Positions 38,323 through 48,288 of a stretch of 64,000 nt of DNA are shown piece by piece. This DNA comes from an uncultured Candidatus Saccharibacteria bacterium (GTDB lineage: Bacteria; Patescibacteriota; Dojkabacteria; GCA-002793355), in contig CAZGEO010000001.1 of NCBI GenBank assembly GCA_964525295.1, forward strand, positions 150,360 through 214,359, written 5' to 3'. Position 1 is the stretch's first letter, and the number at the start of each line of letters is the position of its first letter. Position numbers and translations under genes: made by a program. A model generated the notes under the pieces. The model had not been told where the DNA came from and searched no databases. It worked only from the letters and a program-made list of their open reading frames with translations.

Positions 38323-38896
38323 TTATCCCGCACCAAAAGAATCACTAGCACAAAAAACGTCGCAACAAATTATTGGTGATTTGATTGATAAACGTGAAAA
38401 GAGTAGATATTACCAAGAACTCGTTCAAACTCCGAAGAAGGCCGGTAATTTGCTCAAAGAGTGTTTACGAGAATATAAAAACCCACTAAATAATTTCATT
38501 GCGTATCTTGCTACTTCTGGTATTTCTCAATACGATGATGATTCACCAATAAAATCTGCCCTCAAAATCTTTTGTAGTGAAGAAATTAATGCTCTCAAGG
38601 CGTACTCATTTAACAATATTCGTCAAGTAATAATCAAAATGATGGATTCATATTCATATGTTGATGCTGCTATGCCATTCTATGAGCAGATGGCAGAATA
38701 CATTGATGCAGAATCACTTGACAAAATTCGTGCTGAAATCATTGCTTCGCCAAATAGAGTGCGTGGGAAGGATATTCGATTGAATTTTAAACAACAAACA
38801 ATTTTGAATAGCATCATGGTTGCATTTTTAAAAGCACTTAGCATTAAAAATCCTGATAGTTCTTATAAATATACATATCACGATCTAGTTAAATGA
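38312..38896 (+). CDS. Hypothetical protein, paralog A of a tandem pair.
   Basis: 194 aa. Shares N-terminal (MAPN..AP), middle (EKSRYYQELVQTPKKAGNLL, NPLNNFIAYL) and C-terminal (AFLKALSIKNPDSSYKYTYHDL) blocks with the downstream gene. Confidence 0.5.
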   Translation: MAPNYPAPKESLAQKTSQQIIGDLIDKREKSRYYQELVQTPKKAGNLLKECLREYKNPLNNFIAYLATSGISQYDDDSPIKSALKIFCSEEINALKAYSFNNIRQVIIKMMDSYSYVDAAMPFYEQMAEYIDAESLDKIRAEIIASPNRVRGKDIRLNFKQQTILNSIMVAFLKALSIKNPDSSYKYTYHDLVK

Positions 38897-39389
38897 CACC
38901 AAACATAAAAAATTTAAATGCACCCTCAGCCCCAGCACAAGAAAAAAAAGAGCCTGTACTCAGCCAATCCAGGTTTTCAGCGACATTGTCATACAAAGAG
39001 AAGAAAGTAAGTATTTTAAACAATTGCAAGATTCGCCCGAATTAGCCGGGAATATATTACTTTCTCTCGTTATCGATAAATTTCGCCCGCTCAATAACTT
39101 CTACCTCTATTTTCTACCTGAGAACCAAATCGGACCAATCGAATCACCGATTTATAATTCCGCATTAGTGCAAGATATTCGCAGAGTTGCAAAACAAGAA
39201 TTGCAAAAGCTGCAAAAAATTCCAAATCTAAGAGAAAGGTTTACTCAATTTAACGATCTAAAACTTACTAGTATTACTGCAGAAGACAACATTTTTGCTG
39301 GTTTATACATGCAAGCATTTCTCAAAACATTAGCAATAAAGAATGATGATGGCAGTTACAAGTATACTTTCAGAGAATTGCGTGCTTAA
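38893..39389 (+). pseudogene. Paralog B of the tandem pair, interrupted by a frameshift at an A8 homopolymer (38942-38949). Candidate phase-variable gene, or a homopolymer sequencing error.
   Basis: ATG 38893 (MTPNIKNLNAPSAPAQEKK) is in frame +1 relative to the downstream ORF 39024-39389. The downstream frame is open back to 38889 and encodes ..IQVFSDIVIQREESKYFKQLQDSPELAGNILL, homologous to paralog A. The frames switch at the A8 tract. Confidence 0.5.
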
Positions 39390-40819
39390 CGAACGATAAC
39401 AATCGCCGTCATTGAATCAGTTGAAATACTTGTCGGCAAGTCTATTGAGTAATCCAAACCGTATTCCTTTGCTAGAAACTTTGCCGTACTCTCATATTTC
39501 TTTCCTCCGACTGCATATACTTTTCCTGAAAGTTGCGTTGCTTCCGGCATCGATAGCGTTCCTGCGTCAACGATTTTTACGAAATAATGGCGTTTTGTCA
39601 TTTTCGCGAGCAATTCCTGCTTTCTGGCACTATCCGTTACGTGATACACCGCAATCTTTTTGTCGGTAGTAACCAAAGCTGGCTCCAAGAAGTATTCTTT
39701 AATGTAGCCTTGAATTTCTCCCCAATTTCCCATACCAAGTCTCGGTCCAAGTAAATATGGATTCGCATTTACAACATCAATCAAGCGATAAGCTGAACCA
39801 CCGGCATATAGATCAAGAACAGAAGAATGGGTTGTTGGACGGCCTTTCTCCTTCAAAATAAGTAGTGCAGTTTGAATTTCATCAATACCAAATTTTGTAG
39901 TTTTTATATTCTTTGAAACAACTCCCAAAAGTTCCATAATTTTTTTCGCATTCAACAATGTTTCTGTTTTCGATACTTTATCAACAACACTTTGAATAAC
40001 TTTCTGTTGACGTATTGATCGAGCAAAATCTCCTTCTTCACTCGTTGGAATCATATCTTTTCTTAGCCGACTAAACTTCAAAGCCTGTTGCCCTGAAAAA
40101 TGATTCCAACCTTTTGTGAAATTTACTCGTTCATAACCAAAATTTGCAGTCGGGTAGAGCCCCGAGAGATCATAATCTAAATATACATCCACACCGCCGA
40201 TTACATCAATCACATCAGTAAATCCTTTTAAATCAATCATTGCAGCATAATGGATTTCTTGGCCAGATAACTGCGTAATAAGTTTTTGTAATGCCTCTAA
40301 CCCTGAATTCTTTTTCTTATTCTCGGCATACGCGTAGGTTGCATTAATTCTTCCGACCACGTCACTATCAGGATAAGTTACTGCTAAATCGCGCGGAAAC
40401 GAAATCATCGCAAGTCGATTAGTCTCAACATCATAAGAAGCCAAAATTATAGTATCTGTATTCAGTTCAATTTGTCCTTCTTCTCGAGTATCTATGCCTA
40501 CGAGGAGAACATTTGTTTTGCCATTCTCATCTTTTTTAATCTCTGGACGTGCTGAAAATACTCCTTCTTCTTGGTTTGTAACTCCAAGTACCGAGCTAGA
40601 ACTAAAAAAAGGCAATGCGAATCGAATCACCCCAAACACAAATGCAAGTGATAATACAACGGCAGTGACTTTACCTATTTGAAACCTTTTTTTCGGCAGT
40701 GCAGTCATTGATTGTTTGCTGATAACTGGCTGAACATTAGATTGCTTTATTGGTTGCGCAGCAGGTGCTTTGTTTCCTTCGAAAATATGGTCATCTAGTG
40801 ACACTCGCATCGTTGACAT
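39386..40819 (-). CDS. LCP-family (LytR-CpsA-Psr) cell-wall glycopolymer ligase.
   Basis: N-terminal TM (VTAVVLSLAFVFGVI). LCP core VLLVGIDTRE...NTDTIILASYD...AMISFPRDLAV. C-terminal LytR_C-like region. Start could instead be 40906 (track). MSTMRVSL at 40819 is preferred because it avoids overlap with the divergent gene. Confidence 0.75.
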   Translation of the reverse strand: MSTMRVSLDDHIFEGNKAPAAQPIKQSNVQPVISKQSMTALPKKRFQIGKVTAVVLSLAFVFGVIRFALPFFSSSSVLGVTNQEEGVFSARPEIKKDENGKTNVLLVGIDTREEGQIELNTDTIILASYDVETNRLAMISFPRDLAVTYPDSDVVGRINATYAYAENKKKNSGLEALQKLITQLSGQEIHYAAMIDLKGFTDVIDVIGGVDVYLDYDLSGLYPTANFGYERVNFTKGWNHFSGQQALKFSRLRKDMIPTSEEGDFARSIRQQKVIQSVVDKVSKTETLLNAKKIMELLGVVSKNIKTTKFGIDEIQTALLILKEKGRPTTHSSVLDLYAGGSAYRLIDVVNANPYLLGPRLGMGNWGEIQGYIKEYFLEPALVTTDKKIAVYHVTDSARKQELLAKMTKRHYFVKIVDAGTLSMPEATQLSGKVYAVGGKKYESTAKFLAKEYGLDYSIDLPTSISTDSMTAIVIVR

Positions 40820-40875
40820 GCCTGCATTATCGCATACTTTGAAATGCAAACAAAGATTGACAATTTTCACCAAGA

Positions 40876-41643
40876 GTGGCACAAAAGAGTATGAAAAAAG
40901 GAACAATCATACTTATCATCATTATTGTCGTAGTTGCCCTCTGTGGGGGAATCTTCTTTTGGGGTTACACACAACTCAAATCTGGTCTCTCTCTTTTTGG
41001 CAAACTATCCAATTCTGATTTAGGCGTGACTTGGTCAGCTGAAGATGCCAAACTCTTTCAAGAGAAAATTGGTACTTCTGCAACAACCTTAACCATAGAA
41101 GAATGCTCAAAGGTCGGTGCAACTTGTGTATCTGGTTCAACCACCTATTCAGGCACTCAAACTATTAATACTACGATAACTAACGCAGAAGGAACAGCTC
41201 TAATTAATGAATGGATCAAACTCTCACCAAATGCACCATTTACTTCTGCACAGATGAGAGTTAATGCAGACGGTACTGTTGATTTCAGCGGAATAGTTGA
41301 TATGAACCGCGTAAAAAATTACGCCCGTGTTTCTGGTGTACCTCAAGAAACAATTGATCTTGTGTCAAAGTATGTCGGTGTACTAGGAGCTAGCTTTCCA
41401 ATTAATGCATCAGGCAAACTTACCATTAAAAATAACCAAGTAGATGCCAACTTTAACTCAGTAAAAGTAGGGTTTATTCAAGTTCCTGCCGATATTCTCA
41501 CTTCAAATAAAACAACCGTAGATTCGTTTGTCGAGGAACGTTTCAAAGTGGTAAAGGGCATGTCAATCGAAGAACTTTCATTCGCCGACGGAAAAACAAC
41601 ATTCAAAGGCACAATGCCAAAGAAAATTGAATTTGTGAGATAG
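40876..41643 (+). CDS. Hypothetical membrane-anchored extracytoplasmic protein.
   Basis: N-terminal signal anchor KKGTIILIIIIVVVALCGGIFFWGY. Remainder is Thr/Ser/Asn-rich. Length 255 aa. Confidence 0.45.
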   Translation: MAQKSMKKGTIILIIIIVVVALCGGIFFWGYTQLKSGLSLFGKLSNSDLGVTWSAEDAKLFQEKIGTSATTLTIEECSKVGATCVSGSTTYSGTQTINTTITNAEGTALINEWIKLSPNAPFTSAQMRVNADGTVDFSGIVDMNRVKNYARVSGVPQETIDLVSKYVGVLGASFPINASGKLTIKNNQVDANFNSVKVGFIQVPADILTSNKTTVDSFVEERFKVVKGMSIEELSFADGKTTFKGTMPKKIEFVR

Positions 41644-41736
41644 CTCTCTTAAATTAATTGCGAATCGGAATCTTTATCTCTTCATTCCTTTCCTATATAA
41701 TTGCAATAAACTTACTAATAAACTAAAGAACTAAAA

Positions 41737-42327
41737 ATGGCCAACATTTCAAATCTTGATCCAAAATATTTAACCAACGGTATTAACCCACAACACGTAC
41801 TTCCGGCTTTCGACGAAGATGGAAACGTTAACATGCTTGTCGAGATTCCAAAAGGTTCATATAACAAATATGAATACGTTACCGAAGCGAATGTAATGAA
41901 GTTAGACAGAGTATTATTCGAAATGCTTCCTTACCCAATTGAATATGGTTTAATCCCTCAAACTTATGATGAAGATAACGATTTGCTTGATATCATGTGT
42001 TTGGTCACCTATCCAACCTTCCCAGGCTGCTTAATTGCTGCACGACCAATTGGTGTAATGTATATGAACGATAGCGGTGAAGTTGATGACAAAATTCTTG
42101 CAGTACCAGCAGATGATGCACGCTTCAAAAACATTAAAACTCTCAACGATTTGCAACCAATTCTTCGAGATGAAATACAATTCTTCTGGGAGCACTATAA
42201 AGATATGCAATTCAAATACAAAGGGCAAACTGACAAAAAAGTTATTGTCGAAAAATGGGGTGATGAAAACGAAGCGAAGGCAGTAATTGAAAAGTGCCAG
42301 AAAGCTTACGCAGCAAAATTCAATTAA
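41737..42327 (+). CDS. ppa: Inorganic pyrophosphatase, family I.
   Basis: VEIPKGSYNKYEY...DRVL...YPIEYGLIPQT...DNDLLDIMCL are canonical PPase blocks. TATAAT at 41696-41701 upstream. Confidence 0.9.
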   Translation: MANISNLDPKYLTNGINPQHVLPAFDEDGNVNMLVEIPKGSYNKYEYVTEANVMKLDRVLFEMLPYPIEYGLIPQTYDEDNDLLDIMCLVTYPTFPGCLIAARPIGVMYMNDSGEVDDKILAVPADDARFKNIKTLNDLQPILRDEIQFFWEHYKDMQFKYKGQTDKKVIVEKWGDENEAKAVIEKCQKAYAAKFN

Positions 42328-42354
42328 GTATCGTAAAGTACTTAGCTTGACCAA

Positions 42355-44232
42355 ATGTACTACTTAATTACTCCGAAAAAGAAAAGTGCGTGTTTGGCAA
42401 CTGTACCTGCTGCTATTCAAACATTTGTATCGGATAACGAGTGTTACTTGCAGATTTATGATGATTCTCCAATTTTTGGTATCGCATATCGGCTACCTTC
42501 AGGCGACATTACACAGCTTGGCGGAACGATTGAGCCGTTATTTAGATTTACTAAAAAGAAATACTATTTAAGGCACATTACCTGGCAAGTTACTGAAGAG
42601 TTTCCAGAGTACGTAAACATAGAACGAATTTTTGAAAAAATCTTACGAAGACTTTTTAGAGCGATAGGAGAGTTTTCATTGTACATCATTCCACTAGATC
42701 GCTCCTATGTAGTAAAAGATGAAGAAACTGCAGACGAACTCGCACTCACCTTGGCTACTTCATATCCAGAAATTTTCAAAGAAAATGAGAAGCTAATAAA
42801 AAAAATTGAGAAGAATAATGACGTTGATTCAGTAATCGAAGAAATAAATTCGTACAACGTCCCCTATTCAATCATTCTGGCAAAGCTCTATGCATGGAGT
42901 CACCTTGAAGCCAACACATTGAACGGTAGAATTATGGATGCTTTAGTCGAAAATGTTTTTACACGACTTGAACCAAAGAAATGGAGAAAGGTTCGCTCCC
43001 TTATTCTCTACAAATTTATGCAAGGCGCGCGTTGGTTACGCAGTGGATTCTTGAGACATATCTCAGCACCTGTTCTTGTACGAACCTACTTAGGATTAAT
43101 AGACAAATGTTCATTAAATAATGAAACAACTCAATTTCTTGTAAATGATCTCATTTTAACCGGTATCGCGAAGGCTCAAGATACAACGTACAGAGAAATT
43201 AAAGAGAGACTTATCGCAAGAGTTAAAAAATTAAGTGGGGTACAAATTTTTGCTCCTGAAATTCTGTCGTTTTACGAATTAGAAAAAACTGGTAATCAGG
43301 AATTAGCCCTTAATACTTATATTTCTGCAAACAATAAACATACTCCAGCCAATCTCTATAGAAAAGAACTTCAAAAATCATTCCCTGTAATAACCTTTGT
43401 GAATGATTTTTTTCAGTCGACATTGAAGAATATATTCAAATTTGCCCCCTTCACCACAAAACTGAAAAATTGGCGACTAACATTTGCATTTTCATCAAAA
43501 AATCCGACAGCAAAACTAAGTAATGACACTACATTTGTCCCGCCAATTATAGCTGCGATATTCTCAATACTCGTTACAGGAATATCATGTTTTTCATATT
43601 TACAAAATATTCAAGAGAACAATGCTTTTATTGCATACTACCAAGCTGATACCTTTACCATTATAACCAAAATGTTTGGTTTGGGAGCATTATTACTCAT
43701 TCCAACAGCAGTCACCTTGTGGGTAATTTACAAAGCATTACTAAATATTCGAACTATGCAAAACGGACTGAAAAAGATTTTAGTTGCCGTTGGAGTAAGC
43801 ATTTTTGCGACTCCCTTTATAATTACTTTTGTTGGCTTACTGATGATAGTATTTGCAAATGTTTCGATTTCAGAAAAGACGATAGCTGGTGCTACAAACA
43901 CACACTTCGTCAAAGGCTTAGATTGGTATGCCTTTGATGAAATTGATCAGGTTACCTACCAGATCAAGTACTGCATAAGAACAGATACTTCTTGTGAACT
44001 ACCTACGATCGAATTACAGGGGCTCAAAAAGAATGGGACGTCTTTTTCATTCAAAACAGATTATATTTTTGAATCAAACAACTCGGAACGTCAAAAAGAG
44101 ACATGCAAAACATTAGAAACTTTCAACAAAGAAATGAAAGCGCGTAATGTAAAAATTAGAAGCGCATCTTCGCTCGATTTTGGCGTTGCACTTAGTATGC
44201 ATTGCAAAACACAGACATTGGAATCCAATTGA
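42355..44232 (+). CDS. Hypothetical protein of 625 aa. N-terminal soluble region of about 380 aa, 3-4 TM helices, and a C-terminal Cys-containing extracytoplasmic domain.
   Basis: Long ORF. Hydrophobic helices around residues 390-520. No assignable motif. Confidence 0.5.
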   Translation: MYYLITPKKKSACLATVPAAIQTFVSDNECYLQIYDDSPIFGIAYRLPSGDITQLGGTIEPLFRFTKKKYYLRHITWQVTEEFPEYVNIERIFEKILRRLFRAIGEFSLYIIPLDRSYVVKDEETADELALTLATSYPEIFKENEKLIKKIEKNNDVDSVIEEINSYNVPYSIILAKLYAWSHLEANTLNGRIMDALVENVFTRLEPKKWRKVRSLILYKFMQGARWLRSGFLRHISAPVLVRTYLGLIDKCSLNNETTQFLVNDLILTGIAKAQDTTYREIKERLIARVKKLSGVQIFAPEILSFYELEKTGNQELALNTYISANNKHTPANLYRKELQKSFPVITFVNDFFQSTLKNIFKFAPFTTKLKNWRLTFAFSSKNPTAKLSNDTTFVPPIIAAIFSILVTGISCFSYLQNIQENNAFIAYYQADTFTIITKMFGLGALLLIPTAVTLWVIYKALLNIRTMQNGLKKILVAVGVSIFATPFIITFVGLLMIVFANVSISEKTIAGATNTHFVKGLDWYAFDEIDQVTYQIKYCIRTDTSCELPTIELQGLKKNGTSFSFKTDYIFESNNSERQKETCKTLETFNKEMKARNVKIRSASSLDFGVALSMHCKTQTLESN

Positions 44233-44252
44233 GCAACGTTGTATAATTCCGC

Positions 44253-45575
44253 ATGTTAGATCTTCAATTTATTCTTGCCAACCCCGACGTTGTAAAGGCA
44301 GCGATCACGAATAAAGGGGTACGTGGCATTTCACCAGCAGATGTTGATACCATTGTTTCTCTCGCATCCTCCGTGAAATCACAGAGTAGTGAAGTTCAGG
44401 CATTACGAGCAAAAAGAAATGAAAACTCAGAAAGAATTCAGAAGGCAATAAATCCAGAAGAACGCACAAAGATAATTGATGAAGGAAAGAAATTAAAAGA
44501 AGAAATCAGCGAAAAAGAAGTAAAATTAAATGCCGATGAAGCAGAATTAAACCGGTTGATGACGTATCTTCCAGGAATTCCTTCAGCTGATACACCGATC
44601 GGTCCAGATGATTCAGGTAATGTTCAGGTCAAAGAATGGGGCGAAAAGCCAAAATTTGATGGTTTCGAACCACGACATCATGCTGACATACTTAGCGAGT
44701 TGGGGCTACTAGACCTAGAACGCGGAAGTAAGGTTGCTGGATTCAGAGGATACTTTCTAAAGGGCGATGCAGCCATGCTGCAATGGGCAGTTCTCATGTT
44801 TGCAATGGAAAAACTGCGTTCAAAAGGCTTTGAACTAGTTATCCCACCAATTATGAACAAACCATTCGCGCTGTTCGGTTCTGGGCACTTCCCTTGGGGA
44901 GCAGTTGATCTCTATGAAGTTGGTAAACCAGGAGTTGATGAAACCGGAAACGAGATTTCAGATTCAATTTACTTGGTCGGAACTTCAGAAACTTCATTGA
45001 TGGGCATGTATGCAAATGAGGTACTCGACGTTAGCAAAGGTCCAATTAAAATGGTCGGAATTTCACCATGTTACCGCCGAGAAGTTGGTAGTTACAGTAA
45101 AGACCTTCGCGGAATCTATCGAGTTCACGAATTCTTCAAAGTTGAACAAGTCATTTTAATGGAACCTGACGAAGAAAAAGCTGAAGCAATGCATCAAGAA
45201 ATCTTGAATAACGCAGAAGAAATCTTGCAAGACTTGAATATTCCTTACCGAATCCTTTCTATGTGTACCGGTGACATGGGCGAACCACAATACAAGAAAT
45301 TTGATATTGAAAGTTGGATGCCCGGAAAAGGAGGGTACGGTGAAACGCACTCCGCATCAAACATGCGTGACTTCCAATGCCGACGAAACAATATTAAGGT
45401 GAAGCTTGCCGATGGAACCAAAGCATTCGCATTTTCTCTTAACAACACCGCAATTGCGTTTCCACGCTTTTTAATCGCCTTGATTGAGAATAATCAGACA
45501 AAAGAAGGTAATATTCGAATTCCTGAAGTACTTCAGAAGTACATGGGGAAGAGTATTATTGAAAAAAAGTCATAA
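44253..45575 (+). CDS. serS: Seryl-tRNA synthetase, class II.
   Basis: N-terminal coiled-coil arm. Motif 2 FRGYFLKGDAAMLQWAV. Motif 3 region GETHSASNMRDFQCRR. Length 440 aa. Confidence 0.9.
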   Translation: MLDLQFILANPDVVKAAITNKGVRGISPADVDTIVSLASSVKSQSSEVQALRAKRNENSERIQKAINPEERTKIIDEGKKLKEEISEKEVKLNADEAELNRLMTYLPGIPSADTPIGPDDSGNVQVKEWGEKPKFDGFEPRHHADILSELGLLDLERGSKVAGFRGYFLKGDAAMLQWAVLMFAMEKLRSKGFELVIPPIMNKPFALFGSGHFPWGAVDLYEVGKPGVDETGNEISDSIYLVGTSETSLMGMYANEVLDVSKGPIKMVGISPCYRREVGSYSKDLRGIYRVHEFFKVEQVILMEPDEEKAEAMHQEILNNAEEILQDLNIPYRILSMCTGDMGEPQYKKFDIESWMPGKGGYGETHSASNMRDFQCRRNNIKVKLADGTKAFAFSLNNTAIAFPRFLIALIENNQTKEGNIRIPEVLQKYMGKSIIEKKS

Positions 45576-45598
45576 CTAGTGCATAAACCTCAATAACT

Positions 45599-46266
45599 AT
45601 GTCAGTTGAGATTTCGTTTCAAACGTCTGCAAAAAGAAAACGCTCTACAAGCATGCGCATTGTTGGAAAGGGTAGAGTAGAGGCAAAAATTCCTAAGAAA
45701 TTACCGATCTCCTACATCGCTGATGTATTAAGCAAAAACTATCGATTTTTGCAAAAATCGTTAGCTGTTTCTGAGCGCATGAATCTACCAAAATTAATTC
45801 AAACTGGTAATGACATAATGATTTTCGGTAGTCATTATCTCGTAGAAGTAATATCTGGCAAACGTATGAAAATATCCTTTGATATCGAAAATCGCGTATG
45901 TTCGATTAATTCTCCGACACAAGAAATTGAGTCAAAGGCTTTCTATAAATATGTTTCACAAATTTTACTTCCAGAAATCGAAAAAATGTTTCACGGATTT
46001 CTCAAGACATGGGACCACTAATTCCGACCGCGATTCGGATAAAAATGACTAAATCACAGTGGGGTAGCTGCACGAGCACCAACAAACTCAGTTTTAGCAA
46101 AAAGTTGATTCATTACCCGCAGGAAGTAATCAACTACGTCATCGTTCACGAATTAGCACACATGTACCAACACAATCACTCTCGAGAGTTCTGGAAAATC
46201 GTCGAAAAACATTGTCCTAATTACAAAGTATTAAGAAAGCAATTGAAGGAACACAAATATGGATAA
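45599..46266 (+). pseudogene. DUF45/YgjP-like (SprT-like) metal-dependent hydrolase gene, split into two overlapping ORFs (45599-46021 and 46009-46266) by a -1 frameshift.
   Basis: The second ORF carries RIKMTKSQWGSC...VIVHELAHMYQHNHSREFWKIVEKHCPNYK (WGSC plus HExxH, the YgjP signature). The first carries the typical N-terminal half. Together they are about 225 aa, the normal size for this family. Confidence 0.5.
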
Positions 46267-46327
46267 TAGAAATCGGGAGACACAAAAAATTCCAAAGCAT
46301 TCCCATCACATCGCAGAAATTGTATAA

Positions 46328-46783
46328 TTGCAGATGGCGAAACTGGGGGATGTCTTTGAAATAGAGATCGACAAGCAAAAAGCATATTTTCAATACACTT
46401 TTAAATATGTCCCATTCGGTTACTTAATTCGAATATTACCAGGCCTATATACCGACAAATGCGATAACATTCAAGAACTAGTCGAACAAAAACAGCGTTT
46501 TTGGATATTTTACCCACTCGGAACAGCTATACGACGCAAGCTTATAACCAAAGTTGGAAATTTTGCCATCCCAACATACGCACAAGAATTGCCACCAATG
46601 CGTGCCAGAGGAGGCATTGCAAAAGACGGTACGGTATTAAATTGGTACCGATGTGAAGGCACCAATGTTCAAAGAATCAATCTAACAGAAAAAGATCTCG
46701 ATTTGTCGCTTAGGGGTGTAGCTAATCATCAATACCTAATCGACATCATTAAGGACCCAGACTACCCAAGAAGCATTCGCTAA
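46328..46783 (+). CDS. Hypothetical protein.
   Basis: 151-aa ORF. No motif recognised. Confidence 0.4.
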   Translation: MQMAKLGDVFEIEIDKQKAYFQYTFKYVPFGYLIRILPGLYTDKCDNIQELVEQKQRFWIFYPLGTAIRRKLITKVGNFAIPTYAQELPPMRARGGIAKDGTVLNWYRCEGTNVQRINLTEKDLDLSLRGVANHQYLIDIIKDPDYPRSIR

Positions 46784-47721
46784 TTACAATATTTTTTTCC
46801 CCACGTAATTTGCCTTTTCGCATAACGACGGTGCTCACGTTGAATTTCAGACAGTACGGCATCGAATTGTGGCATGCGATCATCTACAAGTTGCTGCCAA
46901 TTATGATTCTCTGTCATAAATTTCACCAACTGCCTGTATCCCATCATCTGCAGCGCAGGTGCAGCAGCGCCATATTTGGCAAGTAACGAGACTACTTCAT
47001 CAAGCCAGCCCAGCTCGATATAAGTCAAAACCCGTTCATTTATGATTTGATATGCTTGCTCACGCTCGATCGTCGGCAAATGCCAAATCTTTTTCATCTC
47101 TTGCAACACTAAAGGAACTTCAGCTTTTTCAGGCGCAATCTTTTGCATTGCATTCTCGATTAATCGAATTAATCGTCGTGGATTACCTCTATCACTTTCA
47201 TTCAACGAAGCGAATTTTTCTTTAGCACTCTGTTTCGCTTTTTCCTGTAATTCAGCAAGAGATAAAGCATTCAGTTCGCTTCGCAAGAATTCATCTTTCT
47301 CTGCTAAAAGTCCGTGTCCTTCAAGTATTGAATCCAAATACAAACCTGTTCCGCCGTGAATAATGAGCCCCCCTCGCTCTCGCAAGAGCGCCTCATTTTT
47401 ATTCAACCAGTCATACACATACTGCTGATATATATATGCCGAAATCTCTTCGGTAGGTTCTAAAAAATCAATTCCGGCAACGGTCATTGAAGGATTAGAT
47501 TTTATAAAATTCACCATTGTATATTTATTAGTACCAATATCGGCAAACTTATAAACCTTACGTGAATCAACCGAAAGAATCGGGTAACCGTATTGTTGCC
47601 ACAGCGAAAAAGCAAGCTTACTCTTACTAGAAGCAGTTGGACCAAAGATTATGTGCAAATTCACAATGTATTGTAGCAAAAAAACAAAGAGTATCCTATA
47701 ATACGACCGTGCGCACATCAA
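46780..47721 (-). CDS. miaA: tRNA dimethylallyltransferase MiaA. True start probably near 47661 (TTG before LHIIFGPTASSKS).
   Basis: IIFGPTASSKSKLAFSL...ILSVDSRKVYKFADIGTNK matches iiGPTASGKS...IISaDSmQvYrgmdIGTAK. Confidence 0.85.
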   Translation of the reverse strand: MMCARSYYRILFVFLLQYIVNLHIIFGPTASSKSKLAFSLWQQYGYPILSVDSRKVYKFADIGTNKYTMVNFIKSNPSMTVAGIDFLEPTEEISAYIYQQYVYDWLNKNEALLRERGGLIIHGGTGLYLDSILEGHGLLAEKDEFLRSELNALSLAELQEKAKQSAKEKFASLNESDRGNPRRLIRLIENAMQKIAPEKAEVPLVLQEMKKIWHLPTIEREQAYQIINERVLTYIELGWLDEVVSLLAKYGAAAPALQMMGYRQLVKFMTENHNWQQLVDDRMPQFDAVLSEIQREHRRYAKRQITWGKKYCN

Positions 47722-47723
47722 AT

Positions 47724-48260
47724 TTGGTCGAACATAGACCTACACAAAATCAGAAAAATTTACAAACAACCTTTCAAGAACTCTTCCATTCCCCTGAAGT
47801 TACTGGCGCACTCGAATTCATTGGTTTTTCGCAATCAAACATAACCGAAACGATAGCCACATTAGACATGCGAACCAAAAACAGTTCACTCCTGCTATCA
47901 CCATCAGAAAAAGAAAACAAAATAGCATTTGCAAATGCAATAGATTACGTAATTCTGCATCTGCGAACTAAACTTGCAAGTGGAACCCCTGTTGAATCAG
48001 TAAGTGAATTCTGGAATAAAGTTCAGATCGAGGGATCCAATCGCGAAATTATTCACCAGTATGATACCTTCATTGATGTGGCTGCCTTTGCTTTAGGTGT
48101 TAAAGCTGGAGCAATTGTCAATGCCGAAGGCGCAATTTGTGGCGCAATTCTTGATACTAAATGCCCTCAACTACAAGTACTCATACTAGCCACCCCTAAT
48201 TTCTTCGATTATCCGGTGACACCAAACTTATCCTTCGGTTTCATTTTCAAAACTCGATAA
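47724..48260 (+). CDS. Hypothetical protein. Start uncertain: TTG 47724 or ATG 47868. The track ORF 47637-48260 overlaps the miaA 5' end.
   Basis: Open frame of 207 codons diverging from miaA. No motif recognised. Confidence 0.3.
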   Translation: MVEHRPTQNQKNLQTTFQELFHSPEVTGALEFIGFSQSNITETIATLDMRTKNSSLLLSPSEKENKIAFANAIDYVILHLRTKLASGTPVESVSEFWNKVQIEGSNREIIHQYDTFIDVAAFALGVKAGAIVNAEGAICGAILDTKCPQLQVLILATPNFFDYPVTPNLSFGFIFKTR

Positions 48261-48288
48261 CTGCTACCTCATCCTTGCGATTCCAAAT

